Shown here: positions 17,637-27,434 of the stretch, piece by piece
Position numbering within the stretch: position 1 is the stretch's first letter
Layout of the letters: each line of letters opens with the position of its first letter
From: Promethearchaeota archaeon
Lineage (GTDB): Archaea; Asgardarchaeota; Lokiarchaeia; Sigyniarchaeales; SOKP01
Assembly: GCA_016839745.1 (NCBI GenBank)
Contig: JAEOTS010000009.1
Span: forward strand, 1 to 64,000
Direction: 5' to 3'
DNA length: 64,000 nucleotides
The notes under the pieces: generated by a model
Database searches by the model: none
What the model was told of the DNA's origin: nothing
Seen by the model: the letters and a program-made list of their open reading frames with translations, nothing else
Program-made: the position numbers and the translations under genes

Positions 17637-19958
17637 TTAATCATTTTTCTCAACATTTAAGAGTTCTTTTAATAGGAAAAGAGCTCCCTGTTTATCTAAT
17701 GGATCGTTATTGTTTCCACATTTAGGGCTCATAATGCACGCAGGACAACCATTATCTGATTTACAGCTACACGATTCAACTAATTTTAAGGCAAGGTTTA
17801 ATAATTCGACTAAATTAAAGAAGAGCTGTTCAGATATTCCAATACCGCCTTTGTAGGCATCATATATGTATATTACAGGCTGCTGTTTAACAGGATCGAA
17901 ATCGATAGAGACCCCACCTAAATCCCATCTTGATATTTGGGCTAATGCTGGAGCCATTGCAATCATGGCGTGTTCCACTGCGTGAATTGTCCCTCCCAAA
18001 TCGAATCCTTTCAATTCTAACTCTTTTTGAAATTCAAATGGAATCCCAAACCAAACCGCTTGAGTTTCAAACTCAATAATTGGAATGTTATTTAGTGGAT
18101 GTCGGGATAAAGTTTCTTGCGTTAAGGTATCAATGACTTTATAAGAGTAATATTCGTGCTCAACTTTTACATTGCCAAAGAATTTCTCAATTATGTTATT
18201 CTGCCCCGTATTATCTTGCGAGAGAATTTCAAGAGGAAATATATCTGTATGCTTGAGCGATTGAGTGTAAAATTCAACATTAGCTCTAGATAAATACACA
18301 ACTTTTTCATCGAGATCTAAGTCTTGTACTACATAAGTTTCAGCTTCATAAAGGTAAACTGCTCCTGGGTGTAAATCACGAAAAACATAACTTTCGTCTT
18401 CGACTGTTAACAGTTCTTCAAATCCACTCTTCCTAAGAATTACTTTATAGCTCCTAGAGGAAACTGCGTTCAATCCGTACTTCTCGTTTGGAAAAAAGTC
18501 TCCTTTCCAATAGTACTTGTCCATCCTCTTCATCAACAACGATTCTGAAACTAAATCACTAATACAATTGTCAAATGTCACCTTTTTCTCAATTCCAAAT
18601 CTCTGATATTCATCAATAGTTATAGGTATTTCTTTAGCAGCACAGCATAAGTGATTTTTTAAAATATATTTATTTTTTAAAGTTATAAGTACTTCTTCTT
18701 GAATATTTCCAAATAATTGCTCATGGTTATGGATATAAAACAAATCTAAGGGATTTTGCATTGGAATGAAAGTTGAAATCGATAATTCTGATCCTCTACC
18801 AGAGCGCCCAATCTGTTGTCTGAAGCTTGAAATAGTGCCTGGAAAACCCGAGCTAATTGTAGCGTCTAGGGAACCTATATCTATTCCTAATTCTAGAGCA
18901 TTTGTAGAGCTAATCCCTAGAATATTCTTATTTTTAAAGTTTTCTTCGATTTCTCTTCTTTTTTTCTTGCTGATGCCCGCTCTATAACTGCTAATTCTGT
19001 CTTTGAGCAGGGGGAGAGCTTTCTTAGTCCAAATGGCTTGTAATTCGGCCATCTTTCTCGAAAGGGTGAAAGTTAAAGTTTGAATGCCGCTTTTGTATTT
19101 TAAATGAGTGATAAATAAATTCTTGGTTTCTTGATGGGCAGACCTATATTTTGCCGAGGCCTTATCATACGGTAAATCCCATAGTATTACTTTTTTTGCT
19201 CCAGAGGGAGAATCGTCTTTATCAATGACTACAAACTCTTCGCCAATTAATTTCTCGCAGAACACTTTTGCGTTATTAATTGTGGCACTTGATAATATCC
19301 AAATTGGTTTTACTTCAAATATGTCAAGAATTCGCTTCAATCTTCTTAAGAGTAAGGCGAAATTAGACCCAAAAATGCCTTTGTATATATGAATTTCGTC
19401 GAGTACAATATATTTTAGATTACTACAAACTCTTCGCCACTTTTGTTTGAACCACGGTAAGTAATAGTGTAATCCATAAGGATTAGTTATTATAATGTTT
19501 GCACTTGCTAATATGCGCCTTTTTTCGTTTGGAGTAGTATCTCCGTCGTACACGCCAATACGGTAATCTTTTATGTTAGTCTCGCTTAGAATTTCTTTTA
19601 ATTGAGAATGCTGATCGCGAGCTAAAGCTTTAGTTGGAAAAAGGTATAACGCCGTAGTTTTTTCGTTGTTTAAAAGGTGATCTAACACCGGTAAATTATA
19701 GCAGAGAGATTTTCCTGATGCCGTGGATGTAACAATAACAGTATTATTATCTTTCCTGATTGAATTTATAGCCACAGCTTGATGTCGCCAAAGATTTATT
19801 CCTTTATTATTTAACCATCGTTCTAATCTTTTTCTTAGAGGTTTATCTAAAGCTTCAAAGCGAGCCTTAAGTTCGGGGATATGTTCAATGTGAGATATTT
19901 GACCACAATAGAAATCTTGAGATTTGATAAACTTAAGAAAATCTTCAAAATCCACCAT
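17637..19958 (-). CDS. DEAD/DEAH helicase with DUF1998 Zn domain (Hrq1/MrfA/RECQ4 family)
   Basis: TASGKS, FPTKALARDQ, DEIH, ALELGIDIG, QQIGRSGR, C-terminal CSC...GCPAC..SPKC. Confidence 0.92.
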   Translation of the reverse strand: MVDFEDFLKFIKSQDFYCGQISHIEHIPELKARFEALDKPLRKRLERWLNNKGINLWRHQAVAINSIRKDNNTVIVTSTASGKSLCYNLPVLDHLLNNEKTTALYLFPTKALARDQHSQLKEILSETNIKDYRIGVYDGDTTPNEKRRILASANIIITNPYGLHYYLPWFKQKWRRVCSNLKYIVLDEIHIYKGIFGSNFALLLRRLKRILDIFEVKPIWILSSATINNAKVFCEKLIGEEFVVIDKDDSPSGAKKVILWDLPYDKASAKYRSAHQETKNLFITHLKYKSGIQTLTFTLSRKMAELQAIWTKKALPLLKDRISSYRAGISKKKRREIEENFKNKNILGISSTNALELGIDIGSLDATISSGFPGTISSFRQQIGRSGRGSELSISTFIPMQNPLDLFYIHNHEQLFGNIQEEVLITLKNKYILKNHLCCAAKEIPITIDEYQRFGIEKKVTFDNCISDLVSESLLMKRMDKYYWKGDFFPNEKYGLNAVSSRSYKVILRKSGFEELLTVEDESYVFRDLHPGAVYLYEAETYVVQDLDLDEKVVYLSRANVEFYTQSLKHTDIFPLEILSQDNTGQNNIIEKFFGNVKVEHEYYSYKVIDTLTQETLSRHPLNNIPIIEFETQAVWFGIPFEFQKELELKGFDLGGTIHAVEHAMIAMAPALAQISRWDLGGVSIDFDPVKQQPVIYIYDAYKGGIGISEQLFFNLVELLNLALKLVESCSCKSDNGCPACIMSPKCGNNNDPLDKQGALFLLKELLNVEKND

Positions 19959-20082
19959 AAACTAGCCCAAGAAATTTAATGAAATATATGAATTAAAAAT
20001 TCAAAGGATATATGATTTTATAATTTTTAAGAACCTCCAAAAATGTCAACTTTTTTAATGAAGTCTACTTACAATTAAAATT

Positions 20083-21390
20083 ATGGGAATGAATGCAAAA
20101 AAAGAAGATGATTTTATTTCTCCTACTTTAGTGAACTACTTAAGACAAGAGATACCAATAGAAGAAATTAGGGATTATTCCTCATCAGGAAGAATAGAGA
20201 GTATTGATTTTGTAAAAGGTTTTGCAATACTGTTCATAATACTGGCCCATTATGCTGCTGTTTGGTTAAATGAAGAGTGGTATTTCGTGTATGGATTAGC
20301 ATTTATGTTTTTAGATATTTTAGGCCCTTCACTTTTTATATTTCTCTCTGCTTTAAGCGTAGTATTTACAGTAAAGAAAAAAGCAGGAAAAATGCCCGAG
20401 AAACTCATTAGAAATCGAGTTTTTTCAAGAGGACTAATTATTGTGGTTATTGGCGTGTTTATAAACTTAACAGAGCACTATTATCCCTTTCCCTTAAATC
20501 TTTGGGGCTGGAATATTTTGTTTTTTATGGGATTTTCCCAAATTTTTTCGTATTACGCATTAAAAATAACTAAGATGCCTCGTGCGATTATTGGAATATT
20601 CATAATTTTCTTAACTCCCACGATTAGAGCTTTTCTCTATACTGAAAAAGACACAAATTTGATAGTGGGATTTTTTCACTTTATCATCACTTCTGCCAAT
20701 CCGTCTGTCACGCTTTTACCTTGGCTTTCGATATGTTTTATTTCGACAATTTTCGGAGAATATCTTTATGAGGCGATGAGTGATAAGTCAGAGAATAGAT
20801 TTAGAGGATTATTTCGCATCTTCTTTACTTGGGGTATTTCCCTTATTGTTGCTGGAGTTATGATGGGGTTTACTTTACAAACGGTAGTAACTATGAACAT
20901 GTCAGAATATGGACACTTATCTCTATTGGGAATTGCCAACGATCAGAGTTTTTTTTACCTGCCAGGCATGCCCGATTTTTTGATTAGAGGAACTGCCTCC
21001 AATATGTTATATAATTTAGGAGCTGCTCTCACAATTATAGGTATCGCTTTTTATTTCATCGATTTAAAAGGAAAATCGAATAATATTGTAAGAATGTTTA
21101 GATACTATGGAAAAATCTCTTTGAGTCTGTTTATGATACATTTTATCTTCATGCCCCTATATGTTAAGCAATTAAATATTTTTTTATTTCCAGTTATTTA
21201 TATTGCGAATGTTGGCTTGTTAGGATTTATGATGTATATATGGATTGAATATGGAAAAGGAATAGGATCACCTGAATGGTTAATGGTTCAAATTGGTAGG
21301 ATTGGACAAAAAACCGGAGAAAATATTAAAAAAACTTCGAAATTAGCAGTTGAAAAAACTAAAAAATCAATTGAAAAAAGAAGGACCTAA
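20083..21390 (+). CDS. Multi-TM acyltransferase, DUF1624/HGSNAT-like
   Basis: RIESIDFVKGFAIL..I.AH, LFIFLS, RGL..., LLPWL, YGKISLSLFMIH; about 11-12 TM segments. Confidence 0.7.
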   Translation: MGMNAKKEDDFISPTLVNYLRQEIPIEEIRDYSSSGRIESIDFVKGFAILFIILAHYAAVWLNEEWYFVYGLAFMFLDILGPSLFIFLSALSVVFTVKKKAGKMPEKLIRNRVFSRGLIIVVIGVFINLTEHYYPFPLNLWGWNILFFMGFSQIFSYYALKITKMPRAIIGIFIIFLTPTIRAFLYTEKDTNLIVGFFHFIITSANPSVTLLPWLSICFISTIFGEYLYEAMSDKSENRFRGLFRIFFTWGISLIVAGVMMGFTLQTVVTMNMSEYGHLSLLGIANDQSFFYLPGMPDFLIRGTASNMLYNLGAALTIIGIAFYFIDLKGKSNNIVRMFRYYGKISLSLFMIHFIFMPLYVKQLNIFLFPVIYIANVGLLGFMMYIWIEYGKGIGSPEWLMVQIGRIGQKTGENIKKTSKLAVEKTKKSIEKRRT

Positions 21391-21535
21391 ATCATACTTT
21401 TATATTTTTTTTATTATAGATGTTTAAGGTTCAAAAGTATAACAGTAAATTCTTCACCTACTAAAATATAAAAATAATTACCCGTTATTGAGATCAATTT
21501 AATCCTAAATATATGAAATATTTTTTAATTGAAAA

Positions 21536-22555
21536 ATGTCTAATTCTGAGTGGAATAAAGTAGATTTTCAGACTTTCATAGATAAGTTTAGTAAGAAAGT
21601 AATCGTTGAAAACGCACCGATTATGTTATACTCGAAGAAGGATAAAGAGCACGAAGCTTTAAATTCGTTGATAACTTTTTTCTTTCTTACTGGAGGTTTA
21701 TTTATTTTTATCTCCTTAGCGATATTTTTTGGATTCGCTGAAATTTTTACTATTCTTTTTGTTGCAATAATCGTTATTGCAGCAGTGGTGGATGCGGTTT
21801 TAATTTTTAATTATCTTCGTTCTCATGTACTAATCAGACCTTTAGAAAATTGGGTGGAAGTGTATGAAGGACAGATGCAAGGAGATAATGTGTTTTATTG
21901 CCTTTCATATTATCCTGTGTTTTCTGGAAAATGTCACCCAAATAAAGCAAAAAATGTGCTTTACAAATTGCTTCAGGAAGAATTATTTAATAGTAGTATA
22001 GATATAACCCAGATTGAAGTTTATTTACAATTTAATTTAACTGATCCAGAAAACTATAATGTAATCGGTTATTATTTCCAGTATGGAGAAGGTGTTCCCT
22101 TTAAGAGCGTTAAAATCAACAGAAATTCATGGAAATTTTTCCCTATGGAGCAAGCAAGCCACGAGAACTTTATTGCAATAGCTAATTGGGATCATCAATA
22201 CGAGTGGCGTAATGATTTAGAATTAGATTATGATAAACTACATAGCTACGCACCATGGATTATACAAAAATGGGACGAATCAAATATAAAACCATTAACG
22301 AAAATATTTAAAAACGAACTTAATTGGGATTTAAGAGGAATTGAATCGATTCCTAAGTTAAAACCATGGGAGCCTAATTTCGAAACAACTTCTTTTGATA
22401 GTTTTAAGGCTTTTAAGGACCTTCAATTGATGAATGATGCGATCGAAAAAGTTATAGGTAAAGATATAAAAATAGAAAAATTAAAAGATATTAAAAAGCA
22501 TTTGTTAGAATTTAAAGCTTATTTAAGGGATTTAAATTCTCAATATATTATCTAA
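21536..22555 (+). CDS. Hypothetical membrane protein (2 TM)
   Basis: 339-aa ORF; hydrophobic hairpin at about aa 43-93; Trp-rich C-terminal domain. Confidence 0.7.
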   Translation: MSNSEWNKVDFQTFIDKFSKKVIVENAPIMLYSKKDKEHEALNSLITFFFLTGGLFIFISLAIFFGFAEIFTILFVAIIVIAAVVDAVLIFNYLRSHVLIRPLENWVEVYEGQMQGDNVFYCLSYYPVFSGKCHPNKAKNVLYKLLQEELFNSSIDITQIEVYLQFNLTDPENYNVIGYYFQYGEGVPFKSVKINRNSWKFFPMEQASHENFIAIANWDHQYEWRNDLELDYDKLHSYAPWIIQKWDESNIKPLTKIFKNELNWDLRGIESIPKLKPWEPNFETTSFDSFKAFKDLQLMNDAIEKVIGKDIKIEKLKDIKKHLLEFKAYLRDLNSQYII

Positions 22556-22577
22556 AGAATTATAGAGTTAAACCAAA

Positions 22578-24011
22578 ATGGAATCTTTACAAACAATTAA
22601 AGAACTTAAAATTGAGACCAATAAAATCTTTTACGATAAAAAAACAGAAATTTTATCTGTGTATATTTACGATATCGTCTTTATTGGAAATTATAAAAAG
22701 AATACAAAGATAAATAAAATATTAGATGACATCTACAAATCGCTTGGAGAAACCCAGATATTGCGCGAATACTTATTAATCGTAGATTTTGTTACACAAA
22801 CTCCAATTAATGAAAAAACTAAATTAAAAGATTTAAAATTAATTTCTAAAAAAGAAAAACCAGATAAAAAAAAAGAAGAGAAGGAGAAGAAAAAAGACAT
22901 AAGTAGAGACAAAAGCGGTAAAGCAGACGAAAAGTTTAAGAGTAAAAAATTACGTAGCGCTCCCGAGAAGCCAATGAAATATCAAGAAAAAGAAAGACTT
23001 GTCGTGGATGCTCCAAAGGCAAAAAAAAGAGCAAAACGAAAGGAAGAAACTTATGAAATAGAGATGGCCGATGAAGAAGCTGCCGATGAAGATATGTTTT
23101 TTGAAGAACCGGGAGAATTTGAGGAGGCTTCAGAAAAGTCAATGAGTGCACTTCCCGTTTCAGCTCCACCCCCATCTCCAGCTCCAACAAGAGCTCCTGA
23201 CGGTGCCCCTAAAGCAAGTAGAGAGGTTTTAGGCGGATATGGCGAAGGTCCAAAAGATGATGATATAGTTCCTTCCGTAGTGTCTGAAGCTGTTTCCGAA
23301 GAACCAAAACCGACAGTTTACGAAATTAACATGGGACTTCAGTACTATTCTGTCATGATGGAAAAGTCGAGCTATCTTTTCTATGTTTACTTATCACATA
23401 AAGAGCTAAAAATTGTTGACGAAGAAGGGAAAACTGTGTTTGAAACGTCGTTTACAATAGTCACAACTAAGAAGGAACCCCCAATAGTGAACTTAAAAGT
23501 TGAGGGAGAAGGATTTGAAGTGCATCCCTTATACGGGAAAGTAGAAATTAAAAAGGACGCTATCAACCCCCCTGTAATGATCTTTTCAGTACTACCTGTA
23601 AAGAATAAGAAAAGAACTAAAAAAGAAAAGAAGATGAGTGAGAGACGATACTTACACGTCTACATTGAATATGAGGATAATGTAATTAATCATAGCGTCT
23701 TATCGATAATCGTACAACCCAAACATTTTAGATTAGATATCGGTCCAATTCATTTAAACATAAGTAAAAAGACGGCAGCTGTAATTTCTTTTCTTTCTAT
23801 TATAGTCGCTGTTGCTTCGTTAATATTTACTATATTTGCTTTCGATCCTTCGTCAACTTTAGTCGATGTCGTAGGAAATTTTGCACCAGGAATTGGTTCT
23901 ATCCTGTTCATAGTGATCTTTCTTATCACATTATTTAAAGAAGGTATTTATCCACTCAAAGAGAAAATCAGTTATTTCCTAAATTTTGATAATACGGGGC
24001 TAATAAAATAG
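22578..24011 (+). CDS. Hypothetical protein: Lys-rich and acidic/Pro-rich disordered region, beta-rich domain, 2 C-terminal TM
   Basis: 477-aa ORF; composition of the translated protein. Confidence 0.7.
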   Translation: MESLQTIKELKIETNKIFYDKKTEILSVYIYDIVFIGNYKKNTKINKILDDIYKSLGETQILREYLLIVDFVTQTPINEKTKLKDLKLISKKEKPDKKKEEKEKKKDISRDKSGKADEKFKSKKLRSAPEKPMKYQEKERLVVDAPKAKKRAKRKEETYEIEMADEEAADEDMFFEEPGEFEEASEKSMSALPVSAPPPSPAPTRAPDGAPKASREVLGGYGEGPKDDDIVPSVVSEAVSEEPKPTVYEINMGLQYYSVMMEKSSYLFYVYLSHKELKIVDEEGKTVFETSFTIVTTKKEPPIVNLKVEGEGFEVHPLYGKVEIKKDAINPPVMIFSVLPVKNKKRTKKEKKMSERRYLHVYIEYEDNVINHSVLSIIVQPKHFRLDIGPIHLNISKKTAAVISFLSIIVAVASLIFTIFAFDPSSTLVDVVGNFAPGIGSILFIVIFLITLFKEGIYPLKEKISYFLNFDNTGLIK

Positions 24012-24022
24012 AAGAGCTTACT

Positions 24023-24943
24023 CTAATATTTCTTATATTTTTTTTTTATGTATTCCCAAAAACCATTCTTTAATTCACTTAATACCTTATTTTTTGATTT
24101 GATAAAAAATAAATCTCTTTTTACGATCTGTGGAGAACCTCTAATTTCTATAATTTTAATTAAACCTGCCTTTTCAGCGTTAACTGCCATCATTTCACTC
24201 ATTATGCTAATATAATTTGATTCGCTAACTGCTGAAATAATAGAATCGTTATCGTTCATCTCGAGTTTAATTTTTAGCCTTTTATAATCTGGAAATTGAC
24301 GCTTAAATGCATTTCTCATCCCTGAGCCCTTTTCTCGCCAAACGAAGGGAAATTTGATCAGATCTGTAAACTCAACTAAACCATTAGTATTTTTTAATAA
24401 TTTATGGTTAGGAGAACAAATAAATTTAAGTTCATCTTCTCCAATTTTAATGAAATCAAAATCATCCTTACTATATTTTAGAAAACCCCCTATACCAGCA
24501 AAATCTGCCAAATTTTTTACGATATTTTCTATTGACTTTCTTGAATTATTGATCTTAACTTTAAAACTTACATTAGGATTATTATCCCGGTATTCAGCAA
24601 TATCTCTAGGAAGGATTTGAGAACCAGGAGTCGTTGATGCAGAGATAATAATATTTTCATACCTAAAATCGCTAAACTTTGACAACTCTTTTACACACGC
24701 ATCGAATAAATCTATAATTCTTTGCGCGTGATCTAAAAAAACTGTTCCAGCTTCGGTTATTTCAAACTTCTTTGTGCTTCTATTTATTAAAACAATATCT
24801 GAGTCATCACCAAAAAAATATCTCTCTAGTTGAGATGTTTGATGAGATAACGTACTTTGAGAAATGGGAAGATCGCGAGCTAATTCGGAGAAGCTTTTAT
24901 ATTTCGCTAATTTAACGAAATTTCTTAAGTATTCGATATTCAT
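24023..24943 (-). CDS. LysR-family transcriptional regulator (CysL/selenium-metabolism-associated type)
   Basis: MNIEYLRNF..LA..SFS.LA.DL.ISQSTLSHQ..QLE, ITEAG, ASTTPG..ILP, FVWREKGSGMR. Confidence 0.88.
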   Translation of the reverse strand: MNIEYLRNFVKLAKYKSFSELARDLPISQSTLSHQTSQLERYFFGDDSDIVLINRSTKKFEITEAGTVFLDHAQRIIDLFDACVKELSKFSDFRYENIIISASTTPGSQILPRDIAEYRDNNPNVSFKVKINNSRKSIENIVKNLADFAGIGGFLKYSKDDFDFIKIGEDELKFICSPNHKLLKNTNGLVEFTDLIKFPFVWREKGSGMRNAFKRQFPDYKRLKIKLEMNDNDSIISAVSESNYISIMSEMMAVNAEKAGLIKIIEIRGSPQIVKRDLFFIKSKNKVLSELKNGFWEYIKKKYKKY

Positions 24944-25127
24944 CCTTCTACTGCTTATTTTTAATTTTTTACTCTAAAAATATCAAGTGTTTCCAATTAA
25001 ATATTACTTTACCAATAATAAATAATTTATCGAAAATATAAATAAATTATTTCGAAAAAATTAATAAATCTTTTTTTATTACAATTCCATAACTAACCTT
25101 ATAAATTTAAACATTACATAATCTAAC

Positions 25128-25487
25128 ATGACAGAAAAGATAAAAGTATTTACGGTTGTAATTGGAAACGCTGCTTATACTTCCGAAAGACCTTATACAA
25201 TGTTACGGTTTGCTTATACCGCCCTATTGGAAGGACATAAAATTAATATCTTTTTGGTTGAAGATGGTGTTTTTGTAGGGAAGAAAAATCAAGATCCTTC
25301 GTCATACGATAACGTTGGTAAATGGCTTAAAGATGTCATCGAAGAGGGTGGAGTAATTAAAGCGTGTGGAGTTTGTACAAAAGCGAGAGGGGTTTCTGCT
25401 GAAGAGTTGATTGAAGGTATTGAAATTACTACCATGAATGGCTTCGTTGACATGTGCGTCCAAGCGGATAATATTTTATTTAGCTAA
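25128..25487 (+). CDS. DsrE/TusD-family sulfur relay protein
   Basis: AYTSERPY..LRFA...L.EGH.INIFLVEDGV...ACGVCTKARG. Confidence 0.88.
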   Translation: MTEKIKVFTVVIGNAAYTSERPYTMLRFAYTALLEGHKINIFLVEDGVFVGKKNQDPSSYDNVGKWLKDVIEEGGVIKACGVCTKARGVSAEELIEGIEITTMNGFVDMCVQADNILFS

Positions 25488-25508
25488 ATCAAATAGAGAT
25501 GATTTATC

Positions 25509-25736
25509 TTGAGCAAAACTTATAATTTGAAATTGGACGGATTGGTTTGCCCATTACCCGTCGCTAAAACTAAAAAGAAATTAAACGAAATGGAAACTGG
25601 TGAGGTATTAGAAGTTACGGGAGATTTTGGCGAATCTGGGGAAAACATCAAGCGATATGTAGAAAAACATGGAGATTCAATTATAGAGTTTAAAATTGAA
25701 GGTGAAGATTATTATATTAAAATTAGAAAAGCTTAG
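25509..25736 (+). CDS. tusA: TusA/SirA-family sulfurtransferase
   Basis: L...GLVCPLPV.KTKK.L..M..GEVLEV. Confidence 0.85.
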   Translation: MSKTYNLKLDGLVCPLPVAKTKKKLNEMETGEVLEVTGDFGESGENIKRYVEKHGDSIIEFKIEGEDYYIKIRKA

Positions 25737-25971
25737 TTTTCTTAATTTTTATTGTAGGTTTTATTAAATCGTCATCTATAGGGAGATAAAGAAAGGAAAA
25801 CCAAAATAAATATTGTAAGTCATCATGCTTGCAAACTGCGCTGGTTAAGTCCCCCCATAAATATGTGCAGGACCAACCTCAAAAACACTTTTTCACTCAG
25901 CTCTTGAAAAGCTTCGAATATTTTCTACTTCAATATTTTATTAAAGTTTAAAAATGAGCACGATTATACAT

Positions 25972-25990
25972 CGAAAAGCTTTATATAAAA
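25972..25990 (+). promoter_or_regulatory. BRE-TATA archaeal promoter upstream of the 26065 gene
   Basis: CGAAAAGC TTTATATA AAA. Confidence 0.55.
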
Positions 25991-26064
25991 TAACGACAAA
26001 ATTTTAATACACATCTTAAAAAATTAAAGATGTTATATATCCACAGCAATTTAAAAAAATTGAG

Positions 26065-27126
26065 ATGATAAAAATTCTAGCACAAGATTTTAGCACAGCT
26101 TGGGCAATCCCTTGGTATACGGTTATGGTGACTATTAACATCATGGGCCTGGTGTATTGTGCAGTTGTTTACAAACGATCACTGATTCCAAGGGATGGAA
26201 AGGATTCAACATATCGGAAATGGATGCGAATAATGGCGGTAATCTTTACGTTAGTTTCTGCATATCGAGCGATTAGTGTATGGTCTATACCTTATACTTT
26301 CCGAATACCGAACACGTTAGCGGAAGTTTCATTCGCTGGGTTATTTGGATATGCGATGTTACGATTTAATACTTATTTGCCTGCTACCGACGATGCACGT
26401 GCTAATAAATTCAAGTCATTCATAACAAAGACTCCCTATATCCTAGTAGGATGTTTAATTCTAGCACAACCCATTGACACATGGGGGGGGATCACCCATT
26501 TTGTATTAAGGGGTGTATTCGTGGAGACATTATGGGCGATTGGGTTCCTGTCAGTACTCCCACTTGCTATTATACAACTGCGCCGTGTTTTCTCGATAAA
26601 AGATAAGGAGGCAGTAGAACGGTTGCGAATACTGAGGTATTCTGCGATAATAATTGTAACTTGGTGCGTGGTTTATTGTATGTACAGGTGGCTCTTTACT
26701 TTACCGGGAATGTGGGGTAGGGCGTTATATATATTAGAAACGGAGGGAATTCAACTTGAAACTGGCATACAAGCGATAATTGATGCCTTGGGCTTTAGAA
26801 CGCGAACATCGCTAGAGTACAGCGATTGGAGTTTTAGTTTTCTAATATGGCACTCTGCCTACTTTAGCGTCTGTACTTGGATTTCAATATTCTTAATGAA
26901 AGCGCCACGACCCCGGGAAATTTCCGGGAAACATAACGCTAAGCTAACGCTAATAACGCTAGCGCTAATAACGATAGGTTTAATATCGCTTATCACGATA
27001 ATTGGCTTACCAGCTGACTTTGATGAGATAATTACTCTTATCATTTTGGGAGGCATATTTCTCGTACCAATTGCCTACTTTTTCGTTTGGGAAATTAAGC
27101 GTGTTAAGTTAAGGACTATAGAATAA
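26065..27126 (+). CDS. Hypothetical polytopic membrane protein, compositionally atypical
   Basis: 353 aa with about 9 TM; visibly more G+C and more CG-containing codons than its neighbours. Confidence 0.7.
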   Translation: MIKILAQDFSTAWAIPWYTVMVTINIMGLVYCAVVYKRSLIPRDGKDSTYRKWMRIMAVIFTLVSAYRAISVWSIPYTFRIPNTLAEVSFAGLFGYAMLRFNTYLPATDDARANKFKSFITKTPYILVGCLILAQPIDTWGGITHFVLRGVFVETLWAIGFLSVLPLAIIQLRRVFSIKDKEAVERLRILRYSAIIIVTWCVVYCMYRWLFTLPGMWGRALYILETEGIQLETGIQAIIDALGFRTRTSLEYSDWSFSFLIWHSAYFSVCTWISIFLMKAPRPREISGKHNAKLTLITLALITIGLISLITIIGLPADFDEIITLIILGGIFLVPIAYFFVWEIKRVKLRTIE

Positions 27127-27434
27127 ATTTTAATTTTTTTTTTTTTTATAAATACCAAATTAATCTCAGTGAATAATAAGTTAAAGATTGGCGACAAAAA
27201 TCGCAACCAAACAATAAGGATCCGTGAATGATTTCATTTATAAACGTGAAAAAAATTCCATTGGATTATAAGATAAAGTGAAGCCTTTTTTAAAATCAAT
27301 AATGATTTATTAGGTGATAGCTTAAGAAAATGAAAAGTGAAAGAGAGACAACATTTTTTGTCGACAAAGACTAATTTGCTACATCATATTTTTTGAAACA
27401 AATAGAAAATAAAAAATAGAAATAATAATTTCTT

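Noticed and set aside
25760-25940. IS end, gene relic or C/D sRNA between tusA and the 26065 gene
   Set aside because: No partner inverted repeat or transposase. The minus-strand ATGATGA and ATGACGA boxes lack D boxes, and reading frames are short and interrupted.
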